DNA of 64,000 bases from positions 861,212-925,211 of the forward strand of contig OY764869.1 in the NCBI GenBank assembly GCA_963668585.1, given 5' to 3'. Each line of letters starts with the position of its first letter. Within the stretch, counting starts at the first letter, position 1. The notes under the pieces are model-generated. The model saw only the letters and a program-made list of their open reading frames with translations. It had not been told where the DNA came from and did not search any database. Shown in pieces: positions 31,387 through 41,205 of the stretch. The position numbers and the translations under genes were made by a program. Origin of the DNA: Dehalococcoidia bacterium. GTDB taxonomy: Bacteria; Chloroflexota; Dehalococcoidia; Lucifugimonadales; UBA3495.

Positions 31387-32717
31387 CTAGTTGGGGGTTG
31401 CGCTCCAGACGGTGAAGTTGCCGCCCAGGGGCATGGGCCCGCCGGAGACGCCGATTTCGGGCTTGACGCCGGTGAGGGACCGGGCGCCGGCGCGGCCCTG
31501 GATCTGCTGGATGCTGTCGGTGTGCATCCAGAACCGGCTGCGACCACCGCCAATGTTGCCGCCGCTGGGCAGGATGGGATTGGGCCCTTCGATGCTGATG
31601 TCGGTCTGGTAGAAGTCCAGCGCGTCTCCTCGCTCCATCCCGCGATAGCGCAGTCCCTCGATGTGGAACTGGTGGAACTGGGCGAAGCCATCGTACATAT
31701 TCTCGAAGGAGAGATCGTCAGGGGTGATGCCGGCGGCTTCGTAGATCTTGCGACCGGTGGAGTTGGTTTCGGCTTCCACTTCTTCCAGGGTAGGCGTGAT
31801 GCTGCGGGGTACGCCGCGGCTGGAGGCATGGCCGAGGATGTACACCGGCTTCTGCGCCATGTTCTGGGCGCGGTCGGCGGTGGTGAACAGGTAGGCCGCC
31901 GAGGCATGATCGGGATGTCGTTGTCGAACAGGTTGGCCGGTTTGGCGATCCACCGGGAGTTCAGGTAGTCCTCCGGGGGAAGCTGCTCGGGACGGTGCTG
32001 GGCCCAGTAGCCCTCGGGGAAGAGCAGGCCGTTGCGGCGGGAGTTCTCCATGAAGGGGGCCATCATGTCGTGATTCTTGCCGTACTTGGTGCAGTACTGG
32101 GCAAACTGCAGGGCGGTGCCGTAGCAGCCGGGCGCGCCCCACAGGGTGCGGCCGGGGCTGAGCGCAAAGGCGCCGGGGACTTCGTCGGCGGCGCTGATTC
32201 CACCGTGGTTGTAGCGGCCCTCCAGGTTGTGCCAGCCCTTGAGCACGAGGCAGGTGCTGGCCAGGCCGTCGCCGACGGCCTGAGCGGCAATCACGATGGC
32301 GGCGGACATGCAGCCGGGGGCATACATGGTGAACTTGACGTTGGTAAGCTCAGGCATATTTTTGATGAGCCATTCGGCGCTGAGTTGGCCGATGCCATCC
32401 AACGGGTCGTCGGTCGGGTTGAACGCGTTGACGACGTCCTGGGGGACTGGGGTGTTGGCGTCCCAGTGGGCGCCGGTGGTGGTTACGGGGACGAGGACGA
32501 TGCCGTCAACCTCGCTGGGGTCAACGCCGGCGTCTTCGATGGCCTTGCGGCAGGCCATGATGCTCCAAGCGCCGACGGAGGAATCGGGCTGGCCGTCCCA
32601 GCGACGGGTGGTGGGCGAGTGGCCGATGCCGACGGCGGCGACCTTGCCCCGGTGTTCCCAAACGCCCAAGCCCTCGGTGGAGCGGTACATTGATTCTGGC
32701 GCCATTTGAGTGGTCAT
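31387..32717 (-). CDS. Thiolase-like (SCP2-thiolase-type) protein, frameshifted near 31905
   Basis: N-terminal frame gives VAAVGIG...DYLNSRWIAKP..LFDNDIP; a second frame gives ASAAYLFTTADRA..MAQKPVYI...MYDGF...PSGGNIG; adjacent to a DUF35 gene. Confidence 0.75.
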
Positions 32718-32856
32718 AGTTTACTCCTCTGACTCTACTGCGAGGGCTCCTGGGTTCCGGCTTTCGCGGGAATGACGTTCGCAGCCGGTGCGGACGCGAC
32801 GTCAGGAGACCGTGCTGGAATGACGGTAGTTTCGCGGGCGGGTTGGCAGGTCGGGT

Positions 32857-33267
32857 CTATTCGACCACCTGCCATTCGGGAACCTTCTGACCGTTGGCGG
32901 TTTCCTCGAAGACAACCTGGACGGCGCCGCCAACGGGCACCTCGTCGGCCGGGACGCCGGGGAGGTGGGAGTACATGAGGATGCCGGGGTCCTCGTCGAG
33001 CATGATGGCGGCGAGGTTGAAGGGGAGGTCTTCTTTCAAAGACGCGACTGGGCAGTCGTACACCACGCCATAGTTGTAGATTTTGCCGCGTCCGCTGACT
33101 TCCTGCCAGGTCATGTTATCGCCGGAGCCGCATTGGTCGCAGGCTGGCCGGGGCGGGAAGCAGAGGCGATCACACGCGGTGCAACACTGCACCACCAGAC
33201 GGCCTTCGTTGGCGGCGTCAAAGAAAGGCTTGTTTAAATCGTCGGGCACGACACCCTGTTTGACCAT
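32857..33267 (-). CDS. DUF35/ChsH2-type zinc-ribbon OB-fold acyl-CoA-binding protein
   Basis: PFFDAA.EGRL.VQ.C..C....FPPR..C..CGS, SGRGKIY. Confidence 0.88.
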   Translation of the reverse strand: MVKQGVVPDDLNKPFFDAANEGRLVVQCCTACDRLCFPPRPACDQCGSGDNMTWQEVSGRGKIYNYGVVYDCPVASLKEDLPFNLAAIMLDEDPGILMYSHLPGVPADEVPVGGAVQVVFEETANGQKVPEWQVVE

Positions 33268-33749
33268 ATTTCCCCCTCAATACCGACAAAACCCGGCGAT
33301 CCGCGCCGGAATTTCAGCCGGAATCAGATGATTTTGCAGGCGAAAGGTTATGCGGGAATGGCAAGCGTGTCAAGTTGGGGCGGCATCTCACGCGTACCCA
33401 GTTTGTTGGCATGGGCCATGCGTGGACGATGGCGCGGAGTTTTAACGCGAAGGCGCAAAGACGCGGAGATGCGAAGGGACGATTGGGCTCGCGAACGACG
33501 TGTCCAATGACGCGTCCAATAATGAACCTTGGGATCCCGTTGCGCAGGCCCCATGATGGTTTGATGAAAATGGGTACGCATGAGGAGGCGGCGGGCCGGA
33601 CCCATCACCTGCATATGAGCGGACGAAGGGCGAATGATGATTCGCCCCTACACCGGGTGCGGTTGCAGGGTGCATGGGTATGAGGCCCGCGCCAGTGATG
33701 TGGGACGGTGGGCGGTTGCTCCGGTGGCCTTCTCCTTTTGGTTGTTGTT

Positions 33750-34130
33750 GTGGTCTGGTATTTCCGGTGTCGGGTTTGCGGTTCGGGTTGCGTGTCGGAG
33801 CACGGCCAACACTATTTTGCGCAGAGTTAGCGTCCTAAAGTTCCGTGTACCCGCAGTTCTCCGGCTGAAAGCGCCGCAGATTGAGGTCTGCGACTGAAGG
33901 GGCCGAAGCTTTGCGGCACGGGGCGGTGGTGACACCCGCCGGGTTCCGGGAGCATGGTCGCGGAAGAAGACGACCCCAGGCCCCTGGGAACCATTTCTGC
34001 GATCTGTTACCGACAGGCCGTTGAGCGACCCGAACCTAAATGACACCTGGCCAGGTTTGGCAGTCGGGTGAGCGTCGTTTCATGCGCCGCCCCGACTCCC
34101 GCCCGGTTCTCGAGTACCTTGCGGGGAACC
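33750..34130 (+). ncRNA. Candidate large structured RNA of unknown family
   Basis: Long-range nested helices including 33780-33791/34025-34036, several internal hairpins, a GNRA loop, and mostly plus-strand-compatible G-U pairs. Confidence 0.45.
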
Positions 34131-34312
34131 TGACATGGCTAGGATAGAACGGGGGCGGGGCGGGGGGCAACGGGCGGGTGTCACTGGGTGGGGGTTTATT
34201 TTTTACATCGATTTACAGGATACGCAGGATGGGGTTGGCGGTTGGATGTTGGTGGAGCAGGGGCGACGCGTGGGTCGCCCCGGTTTGAGGATTTACGTTA
34301 GCATTTGTTGCG

Positions 34313-35035
34313 CTATGAATCCGGGCCGTATTGTATTACCTCCCAAGTTGAGCCGTCCCTATACGTTCGAAATCTATGACGCACACCATCTACTGTGGCG
34401 CTTTGTGAGGGAGCCGACTGGAAAAACCTGAACCAATCATCAAGCCACATTTGGCCCCATCCGTGATATGGCCCACCGTCGGTAACGGCGAATACGTTGT
34501 TAACAACGTCGTTAGGAAGGCGGAACCAGCAAGCTTGACCAGGCGTGAGTGTTTGGCGTACGTAGCACTCAGCGGAGGCGGTTGGGCGACCGGGGATCGT
34601 TGCTTCGTCGGACGACGGTTGTGGGGCAGGCGCGGGCTGGACTGCTGAGGACCATCCCGACCACTCGGAGTAGCCTCCGCCGAAGCGGCCGTCTGCCTCA
34701 TCGGTGGCACGGATTATTGCGTGGTGGTTTTCGTCTCCGGTGAGGCCGCTCACCGTGTAACCGGTCTGGTTGCCCGGGACGGTGGAGTAGTGGAACAGGC
34801 TGTGCCAGTCCCCGCCGGCATCGGAGACGGGCTGTCCCCGGGTCCAGTTGATCCAGCCGACGGTGTAGTATTGCGCCCCCTCAATCCGGTCCCAGGAAAT
34901 CCGGATCACGCCGGGGTCGCCGGTTGCCAGGGCGGTCGGGGCGCTGGGTTTGGCCAGCGTGGCGGGCATGGCGGCGATGCTTGCAATAATGATTACGACA
35001 AAAAGCAATAGGGTGTGAGCAGAGAGTCTTCGCAT
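34313..35035 (-). CDS. Secreted fibronectin type III domain protein
   Basis: Signal peptide; P.AP...I.ISW....GAQYYTVGW...YTVSGL...IRA...YSEWS. Confidence 0.7.
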   Translation of the reverse strand: MRRLSAHTLLLFVVIIIASIAAMPATLAKPSAPTALATGDPGVIRISWDRIEGAQYYTVGWINWTRGQPVSDAGGDWHSLFHYSTVPGNQTGYTVSGLTGDENHHAIIRATDEADGRFGGGYSEWSGWSSAVQPAPAPQPSSDEATIPGRPTASAECYVRQTLTPGQACWFRLPNDVVNNVFAVTDGGPYHGWGQMWLDDWFRFFQSAPSQSATVDGVRHRFRTYRDGSTWEVIQYGPDS

Positions 35036-35656
35036 ATTTCCTCCTCAGATGTGCGACGGTTTTTCAGGGGTTCACATCAGCCTTCCCGGTTCAAATGTGC
35101 AGGCATGATAGATTTCCGGATTCCTGGTTTGGCAGGAATGACGGGATCAAATGAGGGTTACGGAATAAAGTCGCAGTGGTGATGGGGTGTGTCGTGCAAT
35201 GCCGGGGGCGGTTTATCTCCGGACCAGCAAGGTGGTTCGTGCAGCAAACTGGGCAGGTTTGAAACCTGCCCCTACGATGGGCGGCCGTCAGTCGGCGGTG
35301 GATACGGGGCGGCCTGACCTGGGTGGCGAATGGGTCGATGGAGCGCATCGCCTTGCCGGCCTCGTCGGCGAATTGGGGGCCTCCCGCAGTGGGAATACGC
35401 AAACGATCAGGGCAGCCGCATGATATCGGTATGATACCCCTGATGCCAACCCTCGCCCTTCACGCGTACCCAGTTTGTTGGTATGAGCCATGCGCTGGAG
35501 CGCCTGGTTTGGGGCTTCAACGGCGCGCATCACGATGACGGCCTGGGTTGGCATGGGTTTGGCAATATCGCGTGGCATGATATATAATATTGATATACAG
35601 GATGATATTACGACATAGATAACAAGGGTCTTGCATAACGGTTGGAGGAGGGCATC

Positions 35657-35977
35657 ATGATACTGCGGAGACTGCGCATAGGCAGGTTGAGCGCGATGGC
35701 GTTCCCGGGCAGCAGGCGCATTGGGCTGGCGGCCGTGAGCGTACTGGCGCTGGCGTTGATTGCAGTGGCGACCGCTCAAGGCGGCGCTGCAATGGCGGCG
35801 ACAGAGGCGGCGCGAGGTCTGGAGAGGTTTGGAACCTGCGCCGTGGATGCGGATTTTGAGGCCGCGGCAGAAGCCCGGATCCTGTGGCATACGGGGGCAG
35901 GCGCGATGAGCGTGGCCTGGCCGGATGTTCCGGTTGATGCGGAGGCTGGGCCGGGTCCTGGGCCGATGTGCCAATAA
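35657..35977 (+). CDS. Small hypothetical exported protein
   Basis: SD GGAGG upstream; hydrophobic signal-like segment resembling the N-terminus of the next gene. Confidence 0.4.
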   Translation: MILRRLRIGRLSAMAFPGSRRIGLAAVSVLALALIAVATAQGGAAMAATEAARGLERFGTCAVDADFEAAAEARILWHTGAGAMSVAWPDVPVDAEAGPGPGPMCQ

Positions 35978-36071
35978 CTGAACGGACGCGGATGCGGCAG
36001 GTCAACCAGCCCCACGCATGAACGATAGATACATGAACGAACGATAGATACCAGATACCAGGGAGATAATC

Positions 36072-36866
36072 ATGGTTTCGGCGAAGATGCGGATGCATCA
36101 AATGAAGAGCAGGGTGTTTCAACCGAACGCGATGGCGTTCCAGGGAAAGCGTATTTTGAGGCCGCTGGCGACGGGTGTGTTCGCCGCCGTCCTGTCGCTG
36201 GCGTTGTTGACGACGCTGTGGGGCGCGGAAGCGCACGCGGCGAGGCCGGCGATGGCAACATTCGATGCGCTGGAAACCTGCGCGGCGGCCGCAGACTGCC
36301 GGCAACCGCAGACATCGGCGGAGCGGGCGGGCCTCTGGAATTGGAGAACAGCCGCGATGAGCGATGTGCAGCCGTCGATTGCGGTCCCGCAGTTGTCGTC
36401 GCACGTTGAGCATCCGGAGGGCAATGGCGAATCCTCGGAGGTCGTGGTGTGGTCCGCCGTGCTGACGGTCGGGAAATCCGCCATATCGTCGATCGGGTAC
36501 CTCGGGTACGTATCCGGCGGCGGGCCGGAGACGGGCAGCATCGACGAGAGCGCTTTCACGCACTGGGGAGTGGACTACGCCGTGACCGCGTTGTATCACC
36601 CGATCGTGGCGGGCGATCCCAACCACCTGTTCCTGCACCTGGACAAGCCGCTGCTCGGCGAGATGACCCTCTCGGTTGGAGACGACGTGTTCGCGATATC
36701 CGACGCGTCGGTGTTGGGCGCGAAGCGGAACGTCTATCACTGGTATCTGGATGCGGGCCTGGGCTGGGCGGCGGGCCAGGAAATCCCGGTGGCGCTGACG
36801 GCCCCGCCACCGCCTGACGGCGGCCAACTGTGGCTGGTGAAGCAACTCGCGCCGGCGGGCGGGTGA
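36072..36866 (+). CDS. Hypothetical exported protein with a beta-rich domain
   Basis: SD GGGAG, signal-like segment, VWSAVLTVG...GY...GSI...Y.V..LY...LGW..G domain. Confidence 0.55.
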   Translation: MVSAKMRMHQMKSRVFQPNAMAFQGKRILRPLATGVFAAVLSLALLTTLWGAEAHAARPAMATFDALETCAAAADCRQPQTSAERAGLWNWRTAAMSDVQPSIAVPQLSSHVEHPEGNGESSEVVVWSAVLTVGKSAISSIGYLGYVSGGGPETGSIDESAFTHWGVDYAVTALYHPIVAGDPNHLFLHLDKPLLGEMTLSVGDDVFAISDASVLGAKRNVYHWYLDAGLGWAAGQEIPVALTAPPPPDGGQLWLVKQLAPAGG

Positions 36867-37043
36867 TGCGCGAAGCGGGCGACGGCCATCACGCGAGGGT
36901 GATGGCCTCTCCCAGCACGCGGGGCTCACCTCAGCAGAATTACGGATGCCGGCGAAGCGCGACGATTGCGTGGCAAAGGTGTTGCAGGTATGATGACTGC
37001 CAGTTTTTACCAACTTACCATCCCACCTGGCGAAACGAATATC

Positions 37044-38201
37044 ATGGCGACCGATACTTCACCCGCAGAGAATCTCCGCACCGCTCTTTACGATACCCAC
37101 GTTGCCCTCGGCGCCCGGATGGTGCCCTTCGGCGGTTGGGATATGCCGGTGCAGTACCAGGGCACGATTGCCGAAGTGGAAGCCGTCCGCAAGTCGGCGG
37201 GGATATTTGATGTTTCGCACATGGGCCGGCTGAACATCAGCGGGCCGAACGCGGCGGGTTTGCTGAATATTCTGCTCACGGGTTCGGCGTCGGACCTGCG
37301 GGTGGGCCGCGCGCGCTACTGTTTCATCTGCAACGAACTGGGCGGCGTGATTGACGACACCATCTTTTACCGCCTGTCGGACGATGAGTTCCTGCTCATT
37401 CCCAACGCCGGCAACCGCCCCGCGGTGGCGTTGTGGTTTGACCGGCAATTGGCGATGCACTATGACGGCCGGGGAGTCCAGATCACCGACCGGACGATGC
37501 CGACCGGGTTGATTGCGGTGCAGGGGCCGGCGGCGGCGGGCATTGTTGACAGCCTGTGTCAAGATTTCAGCCCCGGAACGCGACGGGCGCAGAACCCGGG
37601 GCGAGAGCCGCATCCCTCCCAACTCCGTCCCTACACCTGGGGTCGGGGACACATTGACGGGCGACGGGTCTTCATCGGGCGGACGGGATACACCGGAGAA
37701 GACGGGTTTGAGTTGGCGGTGCAGTCCTCGGACTCCGCCGTCATCTGGCAACGGCTGACGGAAGCGGGGGCCGCCCCCTGCGGGCTGGGCGCGCGCGATG
37801 TGCTGCGGCTGGAAGCAGGGCTGCCGCTGCACGGGCACGAACTGGCCGAGGACATCACGCCCATTGAGGCGGGTTTGAGCCGTTTTGTGCGCAGGGACGG
37901 CGGTTTCAACGGCGCGGACGTGCTGGACCACCAACGGGTGTACGGATCCGCGCGGACGCTGGTGGGGCTGACCATGCCGGGGCGCAGCGCGCCGCGAGCG
38001 GGATATGACGTGCTGGCGGACGGCGACGTGGTGGGCACGGTGAGCAGCGGAAGCTACTCGCCCACCCTGGAGCATTGCATCGCCATGGCGTTTGTCGATG
38101 CGGCGCACGCCGAGCCGGGAACCACGCTGCAGGTTGATATACGCGGGCGCGCCGCCGACGTTGAGACGGCGCCCTTGCCCTTCTACCGCCGGGCCGGATG
38201 A
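37044..38201 (+). CDS. gcvT: Glycine cleavage system aminomethyltransferase T
   Basis: [44 protein letters not shown]. Confidence 0.95.
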   Translation: MATDTSPAENLRTALYDTHVALGARMVPFGGWDMPVQYQGTIAEVEAVRKSAGIFDVSHMGRLNISGPNAAGLLNILLTGSASDLRVGRARYCFICNELGGVIDDTIFYRLSDDEFLLIPNAGNRPAVALWFDRQLAMHYDGRGVQITDRTMPTGLIAVQGPAAAGIVDSLCQDFSPGTRRAQNPGREPHPSQLRPYTWGRGHIDGRRVFIGRTGYTGEDGFELAVQSSDSAVIWQRLTEAGAAPCGLGARDVLRLEAGLPLHGHELAEDITPIEAGLSRFVRRDGGFNGADVLDHQRVYGSARTLVGLTMPGRSAPRAGYDVLADGDVVGTVSSGSYSPTLEHCIAMAFVDAAHAEPGTTLQVDIRGRAADVETAPLPFYRRAG

Positions 38202-38319
38202 TGCCCCCATGGGCATGACTGAACGCTAGCCGGGACATCCTCGTTCCCGCCCGCTCCGGCGCGGGATGATGAGGTTTCCGATTTCCGACAGGGCCAAAAA
38301 TTACGGAGGTTTTGACAAG

Positions 38320-38706
38320 GTGAATCCCGACGACCGCAAATATACGCGAGAGCACGAGTGGGTGATCTCGGAAGACGGCGCCGACACGGTGCTGGTTGGC
38401 ATCACGCATTACGCCCAGGACCAGTTGGGCGACGTTGTGTACGTGGAACTGCCGGCGGTGGGCGACGGTGTGGGATATCTGGCGAAGATGGGCGAGATTG
38501 AGTCCGTGAAGGCGGTTTCCGACCTGTTCTCTCCGGTGAGCGGCCAGGTGGCCGAAGTGAACGCAAGGCTGGCCCAGGAGCCGGAACTGGTGAATAACGA
38601 CCCGTTCGGCGACGGATGGATGCTGCGGGTGAGCATGAGCGATCCGGGGGAACTGGACCAACTGCTGGACGCGGCCGCCTACGACGAATATATCGGCCAG
38701 TTGTAG
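38320..38706 (+). CDS. gcvH: Glycine cleavage system H protein
   Basis: YTREHEW, GIT.YAQ.QLGD, lipoyl site ESVKAVSD; SD GGAGG before GTG. Confidence 0.95.
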   Translation: MNPDDRKYTREHEWVISEDGADTVLVGITHYAQDQLGDVVYVELPAVGDGVGYLAKMGEIESVKAVSDLFSPVSGQVAEVNARLAQEPELVNNDPFGDGWMLRVSMSDPGELDQLLDAAAYDEYIGQL

Positions 38707-38768
38707 CCGAACTTTTTGCGGCGCAAGGGTTCTTCGATTATCCCGGCAAAAGGCGGTTGATGAGCGCG

Positions 38769-39188
38769 GGGGCAGGTTTGAAACCTGCCCCTACATCGTA
38801 TGGCCCTGGGAGGCGGACGTTCCGCAGGATGCGCGGACTGGCCTTGTCTATGGTCATGGTTGATGCGTGCGGGGGCAGGTTTGAAACCTGCCCCTACATC
38901 GTAGGGCCTGGAAGGCGAATGTTCCGCAGGATGGGCGGGCTGGCCTTGTCTATGGGCGATGCGTGCGGGGGCAGGTTTGAATCCTGCCCCTACATGTCTA
39001 TGGGCGATGAGCGCCGGGGGCAGGTTTGAATCCTGCCCCTACATCGTATGGCCCTGGACGGCGGACGTTCCGCAGGATGCGCGGACCGGCCCTGTCTATG
39101 GTCGAGGAGCGCCGGGGGCAGGTTTGAAACCTGCCCCTACATGTCTATGGTGGATGAGCGCGGGGGCAGGTTTGAAACCTGCCCCTAC
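38769..39188. repeat. BIME-like cluster of six REP palindromes
   Basis: GGGGCAGGTTTGAA(A/T)CCTGCCCCTAC at 38769, 38872, 38968, 39017, 39115 and 39163, with mutually similar linkers. Confidence 0.88.
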
Positions 39189-39292
39189 ATCGTATGGCCC
39201 TGGACGGCGGATGTTCCGCTGGATGAGTTGCCAGGATTCGGCGGGCGTGGTAAGATATTCTTATACAAGATAAATAGTATCTCATTGACGAA

Positions 39293-39308
39293 TGTGATCG
39301 GTTTCGCA
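39293..39308. promoter_or_regulatory. Possible CRP/FNR-family operator upstream of the USP gene
   Basis: TGTGA-TCGGTT-TCGCA, one mismatch to TGTGA-N6-TCACA. Confidence 0.3.
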
Positions 39309-39349
39309 CACTCGCCACGGCAGATATCAAACTTTCTGGAGGTAGCGTC

Positions 39350-40381
39350 ATGTCGCTATTCAATGGCATTGTTGTTCCCGTCGATGGGTCGGAGTTTTCG
39401 GCTCACGCACTTTCCGCCGCCGCCGTGATGGCGAAGGTTTCCAGGGCCCCCATGACCCTGCTGAGATCGTTCGACGGCATCCCGGAATGGCAGGCGGATT
39501 CCGGTCACGGGCGGTTTCGTGGATCCATGGCGCTGGCGGAGCATGACCGTATCGGAGCGATGCTGAGGGCCAAACAGTCCCAGTTGGCGGACCAAGAGGG
39601 GGTGGATGTGGAGATTGGCGTGGCCGCATTTGAGGGCGCGCCACACGACGCGATCATTGACTTTGCGAACCGCGACCCGAGCGCGCTCATCATCATGTCC
39701 ACGCACGGAAGGGGCGGATTGTCCAGGATGCTGGCGGGCAGCGTGACGGCGAAGGTGGTGCGAGCGGTGAACAATCCGGCGATGATCGTGCGGTGCAACG
39801 AACGCGATTGCCCGGTGGTGCCCCGCTACTTCGAGAACATCATCGTTCCGCTGGACGGTTCACGTTTCTCGGAGAACTCGCTGGACTACGCGGCCGGGTT
39901 GGCGGCCGCATTCGGCGCGCGGATAACGCTGGTGCGCACCACGCCGAGTTCGGACCAATTCCGAGCGCGCGCCGACTGGGAAGGCGGGCCCATGGGCGCG
40001 GGGTTCGGACCCTACGACACGCCGCACCTGTCTGCCATCCTGTCGGAAACGGCGCGCGATTATCTGTGGCACAAAGCGGATGACCTGAGCGCGCGGTTCC
40101 CGGTGTTCGACGTTGAAGTGATGCATTCGCTGAAATCCCCGTCGGAGGCGGTGATCGAACTGGCAGAGGGCCTGGACAACCCGCTGGTGGTGATGGCGAC
40201 GCGCGGACGCAGGGGCGTCGGGAGGGCGCTGCTGGGCAGCGTGGCCGACCGGATCGTCCGCCATTCGCCGGCGCCGACGCTGCTGGTGCGCCAACCTCTG
40301 CGCAGCGACTGGAGCATCCTGGCCGCCGGGGATAACGAGCAGCATCGCAGGGACGATGACCGGGAGTTGACGGCGGCGTAG
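39350..40381 (+). CDS. Tandem-domain universal stress protein
   Basis: Two copies of I.VP.DGS and M.T.GR.G..R...GSV. Confidence 0.92.
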   Translation: MSLFNGIVVPVDGSEFSAHALSAAAVMAKVSRAPMTLLRSFDGIPEWQADSGHGRFRGSMALAEHDRIGAMLRAKQSQLADQEGVDVEIGVAAFEGAPHDAIIDFANRDPSALIIMSTHGRGGLSRMLAGSVTAKVVRAVNNPAMIVRCNERDCPVVPRYFENIIVPLDGSRFSENSLDYAAGLAAAFGARITLVRTTPSSDQFRARADWEGGPMGAGFGPYDTPHLSAILSETARDYLWHKADDLSARFPVFDVEVMHSLKSPSEAVIELAEGLDNPLVVMATRGRRGVGRALLGSVADRIVRHSPAPTLLVRQPLRSDWSILAAGDNEQHRRDDDRELTAA

Positions 40382-40479
40382 CTTTCGCGTCCCGATGGGA
40401 CGCAAGCGGCGTCAACGCGAGGGGGCGGGTTTTCTCCCGCCCCTTCATCAGTTTGCCGCCGGAGATGAGACGAACGCGC

Positions 40480-40878
40480 TCACGTTGCGGCTGCCGCCGT
40501 CCGGATGTCGGTTTGGGCGAAATCGTTGCCCTTGTAGAGCAGAGGCAACTCCCTGGTGGAAGCGAGAGCGTAAGCGAAGGTGTCGCCGAAGTTGAGGCCG
40601 GCGGGATGGCGTCCCCGGCCGAAATTGCGATGGGCGGCGACGGCGGCCCAGAGTTGCGGCTCATCCAGGGGAACCAGTTGGATGAAAGGGCTTTCCAAAA
40701 ATGCAATGGCGTCTTGATAGATGGAATCGCCCCGGTTCATGGTGACCATCATGAGTTCAACCGCGGTCGCGACGGATACCAGCACTTCACCCTCATTTAG
40801 CATGGCGCGCAGAAACGATCCGCTTTCCGACTCGTTGTTTAACACGGCAACCAAAGCCGAGGTATCCGCGACCATCAT
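40480..40878 (-). CDS. vapC: VapC PIN toxin
   Basis: DTSALVA, GRHPAGLNFGD.FAYALA, PLLYKG.DF..TD. Confidence 0.9.
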   Translation of the reverse strand: MMVADTSALVAVLNNESESGSFLRAMLNEGEVLVSVATAVELMMVTMNRGDSIYQDAIAFLESPFIQLVPLDEPQLWAAVAAHRNFGRGRHPAGLNFGDTFAYALASTRELPLLYKGNDFAQTDIRTAAAAT

Positions 40879-41168
40879 TTGGGAAGTCCATGTTCGTCGT
40901 ACAACTCATCCTGCCAGACTTTGGACGGGGGGTTGTCATCGTCGAAAGGATGAAGGGCCCGGTTGCGCTTGCCTATTTCGGCCCAATACTGATACTCGGC
41001 GGCGATTTCGGCATCGGTCATTCGGCGGCTGGGTGGTGGCGTTTTGGACTCCAGGTTGTCCAGCGCCAATTGCAGGACCTGCTCGGGGGCGTCCGGGCCG
41101 GTGAAGCCCAAACGCGCCGCGAGGGCGGCGATGCGCGCAGCCGTTTCCGGTTTCAATGTGGTGGTCAT
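40875..41168 (-). CDS. vapB: VapB-like antitoxin
   Basis: Overlaps the vapC start; ends LYDEHGLP, typical of Rv0623-like antitoxins. Confidence 0.75.
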   Translation of the reverse strand: MTTTLKPETAARIAALAARLGFTGPDAPEQVLQLALDNLESKTPPPSRRMTDAEIAAEYQYWAEIGKRNRALHPFDDDNPPSKVWQDELYDEHGLPK

Positions 41169-41205
41169 GGTTGCCTCTTTACGGACGGCCGCGCGCAGGG
41201 AACGC

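Noticed and set aside
33750-34130. tmRNA, RNase P or SRP RNA identity for the structured element
   Set aside because: No T-arm with CCA end, no GAGGAAAGTCC on either strand, and no CAGG-GNRA-AGCA SRP motif.
36866-37043. Glycine riboswitch upstream of gcvT
   Set aside because: A hairpin is present at about 36884-36907, but the conserved GGAGA...CCGAAG...CTCTCAGG aptamer motifs are not.
37044-38706. Missing gcvP as unusual
   Set aside because: Split gcv loci are common, and this cannot be judged from one window.
38769-39188. CRISPR array (repeats contain GTTTGAAAC)
   Set aside because: The spacers resemble one another and alternate between about 22 and 70-77 nt, the repeat is dispersed elsewhere as a REP, and no cas genes are present.
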